Positions 51,259-61,902 are shown, counted from the first letter of the stretch. The stretch is DNA of 64,000 bases from an uncultured Bacillota bacterium (GCA_963804645.1 CAWDRG010000006.1:60540-124539), one strand, 5' to 3'. Notes: a model not told the origin generated them from the sequence alone. Translations and numbers: made by a program.

Positions 51259-51651
51259 GTGGCGCAGAAACCCGATCCCATTCCTTGCGGTAGTTCGGGG
51301 ACCATTTCCTCCGACAGTGATGAGACCTCGGAGAGCTTGCACTATGGTGATTCGCTCCAAGCGGCAACACTCCAAGATGAGGCCATCAGCTCAGCGTTCG
51401 ACCATGCGTGGCATGGAGCCAGAAAAGCCCGGTGCGGCTCCGGCTGCTTCCCCTACGTCGACTCTGTGACGATCCAAATTCACGACGTCTCCTATTCGCA
51501 GCAAATCTTGGCGACGGCGCTGTACATGAAGGGCCAGTTTACGTGTAAGGTCAGGTATTCGTGGACCGCTCAGGTCACGTGTACCTCGACGCCTCCTACC
51601 ACGGGATGGACGCTGCCGCCGTTCGGAAAGAAAATCGACGCGAAGTTCTAA
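51259..51651 (+). CDS. small Cys-containing hypothetical protein
   Basis: RBS AAGGCGG + GTG; 130 aa; less GC-biased composition than shadow ORFs. Confidence 0.45.
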   Translation: MAQKPDPIPCGSSGTISSDSDETSESLHYGDSLQAATLQDEAISSAFDHAWHGARKARCGSGCFPYVDSVTIQIHDVSYSQQILATALYMKGQFTCKVRYSWTAQVTCTSTPPTTGWTLPPFGKKIDAKF

Positions 51652-51693
51652 CAGACCGCGACGAGGAGTGCCGGCGGAACCGGACCGGCCAGC

Positions 51694-52824
51694 TTAGCGG
51701 CGGCGCGCGTGCTCTTGCGGATCGATGTGCGTGGTGCCGATGCTGCGCCACGCGGTCCGCTGCCAGTTGTCGAGGACGCCGTCCGCGCCGAGCCAGGTCG
51801 GCAGCGGCATGTGCAGGCGGCGGCTGAGCGCGTTCACGTACGGTTCGTACATCTCACGCAGTTCACGGAACTGCGCCGCGGACGCGGCGTCGTCGCGTAC
51901 GCCGATGCCTTCGGCCCGCAGCTGCTGCCACAGGCGGGCGAGATCGGCCGGGGGCAGCCGGTCGGGCTCGGGCCATTCCGGCGCGGCGTTGAGGATCTGG
52001 CACAGGTCGACCACCGCATGGCGCGCCATCGCGAACGTGAGCTTCGGGATCCGCTTCGGGGCCTCGTCCACGCTCGACATCAGGATCGCGCACGCGTCCA
52101 GGATCATCGTCAGCGCGGCGACCCAGGACTGGTTGTCGTGCTGCGACCGGAAGTAACCGAGGATCGGATACGAGATCATCGACTCGAGCAGCTCGGCCGA
52201 CCACCGCTCCCACTCCTGCAGGAACGGCCCGAGCAGCCCCTCGCCGTCGCGGCCGAGCCGCCGGAGCAGCTCGCCGGCCGCGGGCGGCGAGCCGGCCCAC
52301 GCGTCCAGCATCGAGATGCGCGCCTCCCGCCGGGAGAACGTCCCGTACAGCACCGGCAGATACGAGATGACCGAGGCGAGAAACCCGAACCCGATCCCGG
52401 CCTCGATCACGGTGAGGATGCGCGCCGCATCCGAGCGCGGCACGACGTCGCCGAGCCCCAGCGTGAAGAACGTCGTGCCGCTCATGTAGAGGATGCCGCG
52501 GAACCCGAGGCCACCCGCCGTCGCGACGAGCTGGCTCCCGAACGCCAGCTGCAGCAGCGCGAAGCCGAGGATCAGCCCGGCCGCCCACATGACGAACAGC
52601 ATGAGGACGGTCAGCGGCCCGTAGTAGCCGAGAAACTGGACCCGCCTGCCGCGGTTGGGGATCCTGCGGACCCATTGGGAATACAGCTTCCACGTGGTGA
52701 TGATCAGCAGGCGCGCGAGGCGGAGGCGCCGCGTCACGCGCCGGGGAAGGATGATGACCTCGAACGCGTCCCACAGCACGATGAGGACGATGAGCAGGCC
52801 CGCCACGCCTTCGAGGATCGGCAT
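51694..52824 (-). CDS. potassium channel family (Ion_trans_2) protein
   Basis: LYMSGTTFFTLGLGDVVP pore-like motif; YPILGYFRSQH. Confidence 0.85.
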   Translation of the reverse strand: MPILEGVAGLLIVLIVLWDAFEVIILPRRVTRRLRLARLLIITTWKLYSQWVRRIPNRGRRVQFLGYYGPLTVLMLFVMWAAGLILGFALLQLAFGSQLVATAGGLGFRGILYMSGTTFFTLGLGDVVPRSDAARILTVIEAGIGFGFLASVISYLPVLYGTFSRREARISMLDAWAGSPPAAGELLRRLGRDGEGLLGPFLQEWERWSAELLESMISYPILGYFRSQHDNQSWVAALTMILDACAILMSSVDEAPKRIPKLTFAMARHAVVDLCQILNAAPEWPEPDRLPPADLARLWQQLRAEGIGVRDDAASAAQFRELREMYEPYVNALSRRLHMPLPTWLGADGVLDNWQRTAWRSIGTTHIDPQEHARRR

Positions 52825-53042
52825 CGGCCTCGCCGGGCGGGCGCCCTAGCGACGCTCCTCAGGGCGCTGGGGGGTGGTCGGCGGCACGCGCCGCGGTTCG
52901 CTCACGGGACCCTCCAAGTGTGGCTCGCTGTTTCGTTGTACTGAACGTCGGCGCCGTCCCGCCACTTCCCCTACGCGCGCCGTTTCTCCTCGGGACCGGC
53001 GCCCCAGCCGGTCCCGCACTGCGTGGTATGATGGTGGGCGCG

Positions 53043-54695
53043 ATGACCACGCGCAACTGGACGCTCGTCGCCGCGGTGCTGGGGTCCAGCATGTCCTACC
53101 TCGACTCCACCGTGGTGACGGTGGCCCTCCCGACGATCGGCCGGGAGCTGCCCCACGGCTTCCTCGGCGTCCTCGAGGGGCAGGCGTACGTCTACAACGG
53201 CTACCTCCTCAGCCTGAGCTCGCTGCTCATTCTGGCGGGCGGGCTCACCGATCGATACGGCCGCAAGAAGATGTTTTCGATCGGGGTGCTGGGATTTGGG
53301 GTCGCGTCCGCGCTCTGCGCCGCCGCGCCCACGCTGGAGCTGCTGGTCGCCTGCCGGATTCTCCAGGGGGCCGCGGGGGCGCTGCTCGTGCCGGGGGCGC
53401 TGTCGCTGATCACGGCCGCGTTCACCGGGGAGGAGCAGGGGCGCGCGTTCGGGATCTGGTCCGGGGCCTCCGCGGCGGTGGGCATTCTCGGGCCGTTCGT
53501 CGGCGGCGTGTTCGTCGACACGCTGTCGTGGCGGGCCGCGTTTCTGCTGAACGTCCCCGTCGCGGCCGTGACGCTGTGGGTCGTCACGCGGCACGTGCCC
53601 GAGAGCCGCGACGACGCGGCCCCGGCCGGGTTCGATGTGGTCGGCACGATCGCGACGATGCTCGCGATCGGGGGCCTATCGTTCGGGACGATCTACGGCC
53701 AGGAGCGCGACTGGCACGATCCGCTCGCCTTTGTCGCGCTCGCGATCGGCGCGCTCGCCACCGCGGCGCTGCCGTTCCTCATGACCCGGCGGGCGAACCC
53801 GCTCGTGCCCCCCGAGCTCTTCCGGTCGCGCAACTTCACGGTCACGAACCTGTCGACGTTCGTCATCTACGGCGCGCTCGCCGTCACGTTCTACTACCTG
53901 CCGCTGTTCATGCAGGGGACGCTCGGCTACACTGCGTCGGCGGTCGGGCTGGCGACGCTCCCGGTCGGCGTGCTGCTCGCGCTCTTCTCGCCGCGGTTCG
54001 GCGCGCTCGCCGGGCGGTACGGCCCGCGGTGGTTCATGGCGGTCGGCCCCGCGCTCGCGGCGTGCGCCGTGTGCTGGCTGGCGCGGGTGCCCGCGGGCAG
54101 CGCGGCGTGGGTGCTCCGCCCCGGCGACGCGGCGTCGTACCTGCCGCCCGCGGGGTATCTCGTCGATTTCTTTCCCGGCCTGCTGCTGTTCGGCGCGGGC
54201 CTGATGGTGATGGTCGCGCCGCTGACGACGGCGCTGATGACGTCGGTCCCGGAGCGTCACGCGGGGTTGGCGTCGGCGATCAATAACGCGGTGTCCGAGG
54301 TCGGCCCGCAGATCACGGGCGCGCTGACGTTTGTGGTCATCACCGCGCTCTTTTACGCGTCACTCGCGGCCCGGGTGCCGGGGCTGGACGTCGGCTCACC
54401 GGCGCTGCGGCTCGCGGTCGCGCCGCTGAACCCTCCGGCGCCGACGATCTCGGCGGCGGTGGCGGCCGCGGCGCGCGCGGCGTCCGCGGGCAGCTTCCAC
54501 GCGGCGATGTGGGTGAGCGCCGCGCTGCTCTTCTGCGGGGCGGTGATCAACGGGGTCGGTATCGAGGCCAAGGCGCCGGCTGCGCCGCGGGCGGCCATGT
54601 CCACCGGGCTCCTGGGGCACACGTGCCATGTGGCCTCGGAGTGTGCCCCGCTTCCGGGCGCGGCGGTCCCGGCGGGCGCCGAGGAGGCGCCGTGA
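53043..54695 (+). CDS. MFS transporter, DHA2 type (start approximate)
   Basis: LDSTVVTVALP, GGLTDRYGRKK, WRAAFLLNVP. Confidence 0.9.
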   Translation: MTTRNWTLVAAVLGSSMSYLDSTVVTVALPTIGRELPHGFLGVLEGQAYVYNGYLLSLSSLLILAGGLTDRYGRKKMFSIGVLGFGVASALCAAAPTLELLVACRILQGAAGALLVPGALSLITAAFTGEEQGRAFGIWSGASAAVGILGPFVGGVFVDTLSWRAAFLLNVPVAAVTLWVVTRHVPESRDDAAPAGFDVVGTIATMLAIGGLSFGTIYGQERDWHDPLAFVALAIGALATAALPFLMTRRANPLVPPELFRSRNFTVTNLSTFVIYGALAVTFYYLPLFMQGTLGYTASAVGLATLPVGVLLALFSPRFGALAGRYGPRWFMAVGPALAACAVCWLARVPAGSAAWVLRPGDAASYLPPAGYLVDFFPGLLLFGAGLMVMVAPLTTALMTSVPERHAGLASAINNAVSEVGPQITGALTFVVITALFYASLAARVPGLDVGSPALRLAVAPLNPPAPTISAAVAAAARAASAGSFHAAMWVSAALLFCGAVINGVGIEAKAPAAPRAAMSTGLLGHTCHVASECAPLPGAAVPAGAEEAP

Positions 54696-55996
54696 AGTGG
54701 CGGGCCGCGGCGGGCGTCCTCGCCGTCCTGGTCGCCTGCGCCCTCGTTCCGTCCGCCCCCGCGGCCCCGGCCGGCGGCGCGACCGCCGATGCCGGCCTCG
54801 TGATCGCGGCGATCCAGGTCCTCGAGCAGCATTATGTGCGGCCCGTCCAGCCGGTGGCGCTGGTGAACGCGGCGATCGACTCGCTGCGCAGCACCGGTCC
54901 CGCCGATCTCGCGGAGGTGTCTGACGGCACGCCGGAGGCCTCGGCCGAGCGCACGCTGCGCCAGGACTTCCTGCTCGCGCTGAGGGGCGGCGCAGGCCGC
55001 GCGAACGCGCTTGCCTACCGCACCACGAGAGACATGCTGGGGTCGCTCCGCGACTCGCATACGTACTACCTCGACCCGGCGGAATTCAAAGAGCGGCTGG
55101 ACCAGATCGCGAACAAGCCCAGCTATGCCGGCGTCGGCACCGTGACGGACACCGTCGCGAATCCCGCCGGCGGCTCGCGGCTGTACGTCGCCGTCGTATT
55201 TCCGGGATCGCCGGCCGAGGCGAGCGGGCTCCGCCTGTTCGACGTGCTGACGCGCATCGGCCCCGCGCCCGTCGCCCCGGGCGCCACGCCGCTCGACGTG
55301 GCCGGGCTGCTGCGGGGTCCCGCCGGCTCGTCGCTGACCGTCACCGTGGAGCGGCAGGGGCGGTTGGTGGAGATCACCCCGACGCGCCAGGCAATTCGGC
55401 TGCCCGTCATCGCCGCGCGGGTGATCCGGCCGGGCATCGGGTACCTTCGCCTGTTTCAGTTTTCCAAGGGGGCGGGGGCGCAGTTCGAGGGGGCGCTCCG
55501 CTCGCTGGACGCGCAGGGGCCGCTGCGGGGCATGATCCTCGACCTGCGCTACGATGGGGGCGGATACTTCGCCGAGGTGCAGCCGATTGCGGGCGCGTTT
55601 GTCCCGCCGCGGACACTCCTCGCCCACCTGTACAGCCGCGGGGGCACATCCCGCTATGAGACGGTGGCGACGCCGACCGTGTCGACGCCGCTCGTGGTGC
55701 TCACGAACGGCGAGACCGCGTCGTCCGCCGAGGTGCTCAGCGTCGCGCTGCGCGACGCCCATCGGGCGACGCTCGTCGGCGAGACGACCGCCGGCGCGCT
55801 GGGCAGCGCGCTGTTTTTCCCCCTGCCCGCCGGCGGGATGGGCGTGACCGTCGAGGAGGTCGACGGGCCGCAGTATGAGCCGGTGGAGGGGGTGGGGGTG
55901 GCGCCGGACCGCCGCGTCCCGATCACCTACCAGAACGTGTCGACCGGCGAGGATGCGCAGCTGAGCGCCGCGCTGCGCGTCCTCGGGGGGCCGTAG
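54692..55996 (+). CDS. S41 carboxyl-terminal processing peptidase with PDZ domain
   Basis: Signal peptide, ILDLRYDGGG, TASSAE, GETTAG. Confidence 0.88.
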   Translation: MKWRAAAGVLAVLVACALVPSAPAAPAGGATADAGLVIAAIQVLEQHYVRPVQPVALVNAAIDSLRSTGPADLAEVSDGTPEASAERTLRQDFLLALRGGAGRANALAYRTTRDMLGSLRDSHTYYLDPAEFKERLDQIANKPSYAGVGTVTDTVANPAGGSRLYVAVVFPGSPAEASGLRLFDVLTRIGPAPVAPGATPLDVAGLLRGPAGSSLTVTVERQGRLVEITPTRQAIRLPVIAARVIRPGIGYLRLFQFSKGAGAQFEGALRSLDAQGPLRGMILDLRYDGGGYFAEVQPIAGAFVPPRTLLAHLYSRGGTSRYETVATPTVSTPLVVLTNGETASSAEVLSVALRDAHRATLVGETTAGALGSALFFPLPAGGMGVTVEEVDGPQYEPVEGVGVAPDRRVPITYQNVSTGEDAQLSAALRVLGGP

Positions 55997-55999
55997 CGG

Positions 56000-56710
56000 T
56001 CAGCCCGCGGGGGACGCGCCGTCCGGGAGGACGCCGCGCACGTATGCCGCGGCGATGCCGCCCAGTTCCTGCCCGATGTCGTGATCGGACCGCTTGCGTC
56101 CCGGTACGCGGAACGAGTGATCGGCGCCGGGGATCACCTGCAGGCGGGCGCGCGGCCCCAATTTTGCGACCACCTGTTCGACCAGGTCGAGCCGCGCCAG
56201 CGCATCCCTGGTCCCTTGGAGGAAGAGCATCCGCGCGCGCACGCCCGCGAGATGCGCGTCGCGGAGCCGCTCGACCTTGCCTGCGGGATGTAGGGGGTAT
56301 CCGAAGAACACCAGCGCCGCGGCGGGGAACGCGGGGCCCTCCGCCGCCGCGAGCATGGACGCCGTCCGCCCGCCGAGCGATTTGCCGCCGACGACGAGCG
56401 GGAGCCCGGGTCCGAGGCTCCGGACGCGCTGCACCGCGGCGCGCCATGTCCCGAGCAACACGGGGGCCGGATCGGGCACGCGCCGGTGGGCGTCGACGTA
56501 GGGAAAGTTGAACCGCAGGACCGAAATACCGCCGCCCGCGAGTCCCCGGGCGACGCCTTCCATGAACGGGTGCGTCATGCCGGCACCGGCGCCGTGCGCG
56601 ATGGCCGATACGGCCGCCGGCGCCGCGGCGGGCGTCCACAGCGCGGCGACCGCGCGGCCGGGGGCGTCCAGCGACAGCGTGTGCGCCGCCGCGCTGGGAT
56701 CGAGCGTGAT
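56000..56710 (-). CDS. alpha/beta hydrolase (KANL3/dienelactone-hydrolase-like), start uncertain
   Basis: AHGAGAGM, GGKSLGGR, GYPLHP, QGTRD, DHSF; conserved sequence extends upstream of the ATG at 56578. Confidence 0.82.
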   Translation of the reverse strand: MTLDPSAAAHTLSLDAPGRAVAALWTPAAAPAAVSAIAHGAGAGMTHPFMEGVARGLAGGGISVLRFNFPYVDAHRRVPDPAPVLLGTWRAAVQRVRSLGPGLPLVVGGKSLGGRTASMLAAAEGPAFPAAALVFFGYPLHPAGKVERLRDAHLAGVRARMLFLQGTRDALARLDLVEQVVAKLGPRARLQVIPGADHSFRVPGRKRSDHDIGQELGGIAAAYVRGVLPDGASPAG

Positions 56711-56731
56711 GTCAGTCCTCGATCGATGCCG

Positions 56732-57106
56732 TCATGAGCCGGCGCGCGCGCCGGCATGGCGCGTCTTCGCCGGAGGCTCGGGCGCGAGGTGCTTCCTGGC
56801 CCATCGATCGATCGCCTGCACGACGCTGTCGAGTTCGACGCCGACCGAGGTCAGTTCGTAGCTCGTCTTCGGCGGCATGACCGAGCACACGGTTTTCGTG
56901 ATGATCCGCAGCGTCTCGAGGCGATCGAGCCGCTGCGCGAGGGTCGCGGTGTTGCACCCTCCGATCGCGCGGCTCAACTCGTTGAACCCGCGGGGACCGT
57001 CCAGCAGGGCGCGGACGATATGCAGCACCCACTTCTCCTGCAGGAGATTGATCGCGTTGTACGCCGGACACATGACCGCGTCGTGTGCCGCTGCTTTGTC
57101 CGCCAT
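56732..57106 (-). CDS. HxlR family winged-helix regulator
   Basis: CP..A..LLQEKW.L.I, RGFNEL, P.PKTSYELT..G. Confidence 0.88.
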   Translation of the reverse strand: MADKAAAHDAVMCPAYNAINLLQEKWVLHIVRALLDGPRGFNELSRAIGGCNTATLAQRLDRLETLRIITKTVCSVMPPKTSYELTSVGVELDSVVQAIDRWARKHLAPEPPAKTRHAGARAGS

Positions 57107-57145
57107 GGCTAGAGTGTACCATCTGCCGATCTTTTATTCAAGTAC

Positions 57146-57174
57146 TTGACATTTCGAAGCACTGTGTGTATTAT
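57146..57174 (+). promoter_or_regulatory. sigma70 promoter of the yceI-doxX unit
   Basis: TTGACA-17-TATTAT. Confidence 0.75.
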
Positions 57175-57225
57175 GAGTAACGGACAGGGTAGACATCCGC
57201 TACAACCAGAACGGGGAGGACCGCC

Positions 57226-57759
57226 ATGCAGTGGACCACCGATCCCAGCCATTCGCACCTTGATTTCGCGGTCAAGCACATGGGCATTTCCACGGTACGA
57301 GGCCGGTTCAAGACGTTCACCGGCACGTTCGAGACCAACGACCAGCAGGCGCTGACCCGCGTCACGGTCACCGCCGACGCGGCGAGCGTCGATACGGGGG
57401 AGCCGAAGCGCGACGACCACCTCCGGTCGGCCGATTTTCTCGACGCCGCGAAGTACCCCCAGATCAAGTTCGAGAGCGACGCGATCACGGCGAACGGCAC
57501 GGGGTACGTGGTCTCGGGCACGCTGACGATCCACGGCCAGACGAAGCCGCTGAGCTTCGACGTCGAGGTCACCAAGGCGATCAAGGATCCGTACGGCAAG
57601 ACGCGGGCCGCGGCGTCCGGCCGGGGCAAGCTGAACCGGAAGGACTGGGGCCTGAACTGGAACAAGGCCATGGAGCTCGGCGGCTGGATGGTGGGGGAGG
57701 AAGTGCAGTTTTCGTTCGACCTCGAGGCGATCGCGGCGGAGCCGGCCAAGGTGGGATAG
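57226..57759 (+). CDS. YceI family protein
   Basis: DPSHS..F.VKHMG.STVRGRF, RDDHLRSADF, GTLTIHG. Confidence 0.93.
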   Translation: MQWTTDPSHSHLDFAVKHMGISTVRGRFKTFTGTFETNDQQALTRVTVTADAASVDTGEPKRDDHLRSADFLDAAKYPQIKFESDAITANGTGYVVSGTLTIHGQTKPLSFDVEVTKAIKDPYGKTRAAASGRGKLNRKDWGLNWNKAMELGGWMVGEEVQFSFDLEAIAAEPAKVG

Positions 57760-57813
57760 CGCGGCCGCCCGCCTCGCCGCCCGAGACTTTCTACGAGTGG
57801 AGTGTGATCTGAG

Positions 57814-58326
57814 ATGGATGCGGCACTGCTGGTACTGCGCGTGACGATCGGCCTGCTCGTCGCCGCCCACGGCGCGCAGAAACTCTTCGGATGGTTCGGC
57901 GGGGGCGGCCTGGGAGGGACGAGCAAGTTCATGGCGTCGCTCGGGTTCCGTCCCGCGGTTGGGTGGACGGTGATCGGCGCGCTCTCGGAGTTTGTCGGCG
58001 GGCTCCTGCTCGCGCTCGGCCTGTTCTCGCCGCTCGGGAGCTTGGGTGTCGGCGCGGCGATGGCGATCGCGGTCACGCGGATCCACTGGCCGAAGCTGTG
58101 GGCGCAGCAGCACGGGTTTGAGTACGCGCTCGTGCTCTTGGCGGTCGCCGTGGCGGTCGGACTGACGGGCCCCGGTGCGTATTCGCTGGACGCGGTGTGG
58201 GGGACGGCGCTGCCGGTCCAGCTGCGCGAGGTCGCGCTGGCGATCACCGCGGTCGGGTACCTTGCCGCGATGGTCTCCTCGATGTCCCCGGCGGCGGCGC
58301 CGTCGAAGGCGACGCCGGCGAGCTAG
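57814..58326 (+). CDS. DoxX family membrane protein
   Basis: HGAQKLFGWFGG, GFEY, GPGAYSLD. Confidence 0.9.
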   Translation: MDAALLVLRVTIGLLVAAHGAQKLFGWFGGGGLGGTSKFMASLGFRPAVGWTVIGALSEFVGGLLLALGLFSPLGSLGVGAAMAIAVTRIHWPKLWAQQHGFEYALVLLAVAVAVGLTGPGAYSLDAVWGTALPVQLREVALAITAVGYLAAMVSSMSPAAAPSKATPAS

Positions 58327-58470
58327 TCCGGCCGGAGGATCGGCGAACGACGTGGAAGGATGGGCGGAGCGCGTGAGCGCTCCGCCCGTTTACGTTGCGC
58401 GCCGGGGATCAAGGGAACCCCAGGCTGCCGGTGAAGTGGTGTCCGAGACTCGCAGGGGAGGGATGCGGCG

Positions 58471-59481
58471 GTGAAGGCGATCGTGTTGCACCAGGTCGGC
58501 GATCCTGAGGCGCTGCGCCTCGAAGACGCCCCGGCGCCCGCCACGGCGCCTGGCCAGGTCCTCGTGCGGCTGCGGGCAGCGGCGCTCAACCACCGGGACC
58601 TCTACATCTGCCGCGGGCAGTACGCCGGCATCAAGTTTCCGATCATCCCGGGTTCGGACGGCGTCGGCGAGGTCGCGTCGGTGGCGGAAGGGGTGCGGGG
58701 ACTGCGCCCCGGCGATCCCGTGATCATCAACCCCAGCCTGTCCTGGGGCACGGATTCGGCGGTGGCCGGCCCGCAGTGGCGCATTCTCGGCCTGCCCGAT
58801 CACGGGACGTTCGCGGAGCTGGTGGCGGTGCCCGTGGACAACGTGCTCCCCCGGCCTGCGGGGCTGTCGGACGAGGAAGCGGCGGTGCTGCCGCTCGCCG
58901 GGTTGACGGCATACCGCGCCCTGATCACCAGGGGCCGCGTGCGGCCGGGCGAGACGGTCCTCGTGCTCGGGGTCGGCGGGGGGGTGGCGACGATGGTGCT
59001 CGTGATCGCGAAGCACGCCGGCGCGCGGGTGCTGGTGACCTCCAGCAGCGACGACAAGCTCGAGCGCGCGCGCGCGCTCGGGGCCGATGCCGGCTTCAAC
59101 TATAAGACGGGGGATTGGGTGAAGGCCGCGAAGGAGGCGACCGGCGGCGCCGGGCCCGATCTCGTAGTGGACGGGACCGGCGGCGCGCCGTTCGACCAGG
59201 CGCTCGACGCGGTGCGCCCCGGCGGCCGCGTCGTCACGTACGGGGCGACGCTTGGCAACGCGCCGCAGGTCACCGTCCGGCGGATCTTTTGGAAGCAGCT
59301 GAACGTGCTCGGGTCGACGATGGGGTCGCCGGAGGACTTCCGCGGGATGCTCGCGCTGTTCGGCGGCGGCGGATTGCGTCCGGTGGTGGACCGGGTGTTT
59401 CCGCTGGCCGAGGCCGGGCGCGCGCTCGCCCACATGGAGCAGGCGGCACAGTTCGGGAAGATCGCGCTGCGGATCGCTTAG
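58471..59481 (+). CDS. MDR-family (quinone) oxidoreductase
   Basis: AALNHRD, PGSDGVG, LTAYRAL, FGKIAL. Confidence 0.9.
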   Translation: MKAIVLHQVGDPEALRLEDAPAPATAPGQVLVRLRAAALNHRDLYICRGQYAGIKFPIIPGSDGVGEVASVAEGVRGLRPGDPVIINPSLSWGTDSAVAGPQWRILGLPDHGTFAELVAVPVDNVLPRPAGLSDEEAAVLPLAGLTAYRALITRGRVRPGETVLVLGVGGGVATMVLVIAKHAGARVLVTSSSDDKLERARALGADAGFNYKTGDWVKAAKEATGGAGPDLVVDGTGGAPFDQALDAVRPGGRVVTYGATLGNAPQVTVRRIFWKQLNVLGSTMGSPEDFRGMLALFGGGGLRPVVDRVFPLAEAGRALAHMEQAAQFGKIALRIA

Positions 59482-59843
59482 TAGACGCTATCCTTCGCGA
59501 TGCGGCGGTCCTCGAGGACTTCCCGTCCCTTGGCCGCGGAGTACACCATCACGAACGGCAACAGCACGCCGCCCGAGAGGACCGCGAGCAGGATCAGAAT
59601 GAGCGCGTGGGTCCAGATGCCTTCGGCGAGAAACCAGATCGGTCCCAGAAAGAACGCCCACCAGTCCCAGCCGACCTTCGGGGGGTTCACGTGCTGGGCG
59701 AGGTCGCGCGCCACGAACTCCTTCGGCGGGACGACCCCGACTTTGAACGCCTGGTAGTGCGTGAGGGCCTGCGTCAGCCAGATGAACAAGACGAGCAGGC
59801 CGAACAGCATCAGGGTCAACACGACATGGGTCATCAGGTCCAC
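59478..59843 (-). CDS. small membrane protein (DUF2628-like)
   Basis: GWDWWAFFLGPIWFL motif; TM helices. Confidence 0.6.
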   Translation of the reverse strand: MDLMTHVVLTLMLFGLLVLFIWLTQALTHYQAFKVGVVPPKEFVARDLAQHVNPPKVGWDWWAFFLGPIWFLAEGIWTHALILILLAVLSGGVLLPFVMVYSAAKGREVLEDRRIAKDSVY

Positions 59844-59979
59844 GCTGACACCTCGCCGATCGTCGGATCGCGGCGGCGGGTTCGCCGCCGGCCGGTATTT
59901 CGCCGCGCGGCGGCGAATCTCCTTATCGGGCGCCTGGGATCCGGCGCGCGCCCTGGCGGACGCGGAGGAGCGTGAATCG

Positions 59980-60762
59980 ATGGCGGGGACGGGTGTCGCG
60001 GGACAACGGGTGCTGGTGACCGGGGCGGGCGCGGGTATCGGGCGGGGGATCGCGGCCGCGTTCGTCCGGGAGGGCGCGCGCGTGGTCGCGGTGGACATCA
60101 ACGCGGACGCGGTGGCGGAGACCGCCGCGGCCCTGCAGGCGGGACCGGGCCAGGTGGTGGCGGTCGCGGGGGACGTCAGCACCGCGCGCGGGGTCGAGCA
60201 GATCGTCGCCGATGCGGTGGGGTACGTGGGCAGCATCGACACGCTCGTTAACGACGCGGGGGTGTACCCCAACTGTCCGGTGGTCGAGATGCCCGAGGAG
60301 CAGTGGGACCGCGTGCTCGACACGAACCTGAAGGGGACGTTTCTCATGTGCCGCGCGGTCGCGCGCCACATGATCGAGCGCCGCACGGCCGGCTATATCG
60401 TCAACATCGCGTCGGGCGCGTACCGGTCGGCCCGCCGCGGCGCATCCCACTACTGCGCCAGCAAAGCGGGCATCGTGATGTTCAGCAAGGTGCTCGCACA
60501 GGAGCTCGCCGAGCACCAGATCCACGTCAACGTGGTGTCGCCGGGGCTGATCGACGTCGGCCGCCGCGGCGACGTGAACCCGGCGTACAAGGACACGCTC
60601 GTCGGGAACATCCCGTGGGGGCGCATGGGCCAGCCGCTCGAGGTGGCCGAGGCGGTGCTGTTCCTCGCGTCCCCGGGAGCCTCATACGTGACCGGCACGG
60701 TGATCGATGTGGACGGCGGGTCGAGCGCCGGGCGTTTCTTCCTGCCGTACAGCCGCGGATAG
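59980..60762 (+). CDS. SDR family oxidoreductase
   Basis: TGAGAGIG, YCASK, VNVVSPG, VDGG. Confidence 0.93.
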   Translation: MAGTGVAGQRVLVTGAGAGIGRGIAAAFVREGARVVAVDINADAVAETAAALQAGPGQVVAVAGDVSTARGVEQIVADAVGYVGSIDTLVNDAGVYPNCPVVEMPEEQWDRVLDTNLKGTFLMCRAVARHMIERRTAGYIVNIASGAYRSARRGASHYCASKAGIVMFSKVLAQELAEHQIHVNVVSPGLIDVGRRGDVNPAYKDTLVGNIPWGRMGQPLEVAEAVLFLASPGASYVTGTVIDVDGGSSAGRFFLPYSRG

Positions 60763-60808
60763 TGGGAGACGACGGGAGCCGACGCGCTCGCCGGAGAAGG
60801 CACCTCGC

Positions 60809-61867
60809 ATGACACCCACTCCGCCTGGACGCATGGAGTTCGATGCCGCGGCGTTCCTGCCGCGGGCCTGGTACGAGGCGCTCGTCGAGCTTCGCCTCCG
60901 GCGCCCGCACGCGATTTTCGAAGAGGCGGAGGCTCGGCGGCGCCGGGTGTCCATCGCGCCCAACGGGCGCCTGTTGATCCTCGCCGCCGACCACCCGGCG
61001 CGCATGGTCACGCGCGCGGGCCCCGACCCGGTCGGCATGGGAGACCGCTGGCGTCTGTTGAGCCGCGTCCTGCGAGTGCTGACCGCGCCGGACGTGGATG
61101 GGGTGATGGCGACGCCCGACGTCGTCGACGAGTTGCTGCTGCTGAGCTACCTGGCGCGGCAGCGATCCGGGCACGGCTGGCTCGACGAGAAGGTGGTGCT
61201 CGGCTGCATGAACCGCGGCGGGCTCTCGGGGACCGTGTTCGAGATCGACGACCGCATGACGGCCTTCTCCGTGGAGGGAATGACGCGCCTCAGGTGCGAC
61301 GGCGCGAAGATGATGGTGCGGATCGATCCGCAGGATCCCGCGACGGCGGTGACCCTCGAGACGTGCGCGCGCGAAATCGACCGCTGCCACGCCGCGGGGC
61401 TCGAGGTGTTTCTTGAGGCGTTCCTCGTCGATCGGTCGCCGGCCGGGCCGCGGCCGCGCAGCGACACGGAGAGCCTGATCAAAGCCACGGGGGTCGCGGC
61501 CGGGCTCGGCACGTCGACCGCCGGCACCTGGCTGAAGCTGCCGTACGGTCCCGGGTACGACCGTGTCGCCGCGGCGACGACCATGCCGATCCTGATGCTC
61601 GGCGGCGAGGTGCGCGACGATCCCCTCAGCGTCCTCGACGAATTCGCGATCGGGATGGCGGCGGGGCCGACCGTCCGAGGCGCCCTCGTGGGCCGCAATA
61701 TCTCGTTTGCGCCGCGCGAGGATCCGCGTGCGCTCGCGGTTGCGGCCGGCGCCATCGTGCACCGCGGCGCGTCCGGGTCGGCGGCGCGCGCCGCGATCGC
61801 CGGGGAACGCGGCCGCGAGATGGACGGGGTCACCCGCCTCGGTCCGCCGCCCGGGTCAGCGGCGTGA
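60809..61867 (+). CDS. class I aldolase-like TIM barrel (Cgl0159-like)
   Basis: AADHPAR, MNRGGL.G..FE.DD, WLKLP, LGG, G..VGR. Confidence 0.75.
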   Translation: MTPTPPGRMEFDAAAFLPRAWYEALVELRLRRPHAIFEEAEARRRRVSIAPNGRLLILAADHPARMVTRAGPDPVGMGDRWRLLSRVLRVLTAPDVDGVMATPDVVDELLLLSYLARQRSGHGWLDEKVVLGCMNRGGLSGTVFEIDDRMTAFSVEGMTRLRCDGAKMMVRIDPQDPATAVTLETCAREIDRCHAAGLEVFLEAFLVDRSPAGPRPRSDTESLIKATGVAAGLGTSTAGTWLKLPYGPGYDRVAAATTMPILMLGGEVRDDPLSVLDEFAIGMAAGPTVRGALVGRNISFAPREDPRALAVAAGAIVHRGASGSAARAAIAGERGREMDGVTRLGPPPGSAA

Positions 61868-61902
61868 GTGGCGGAGGGACATACGTGCGGCGGGGGTGAG
61901 CC

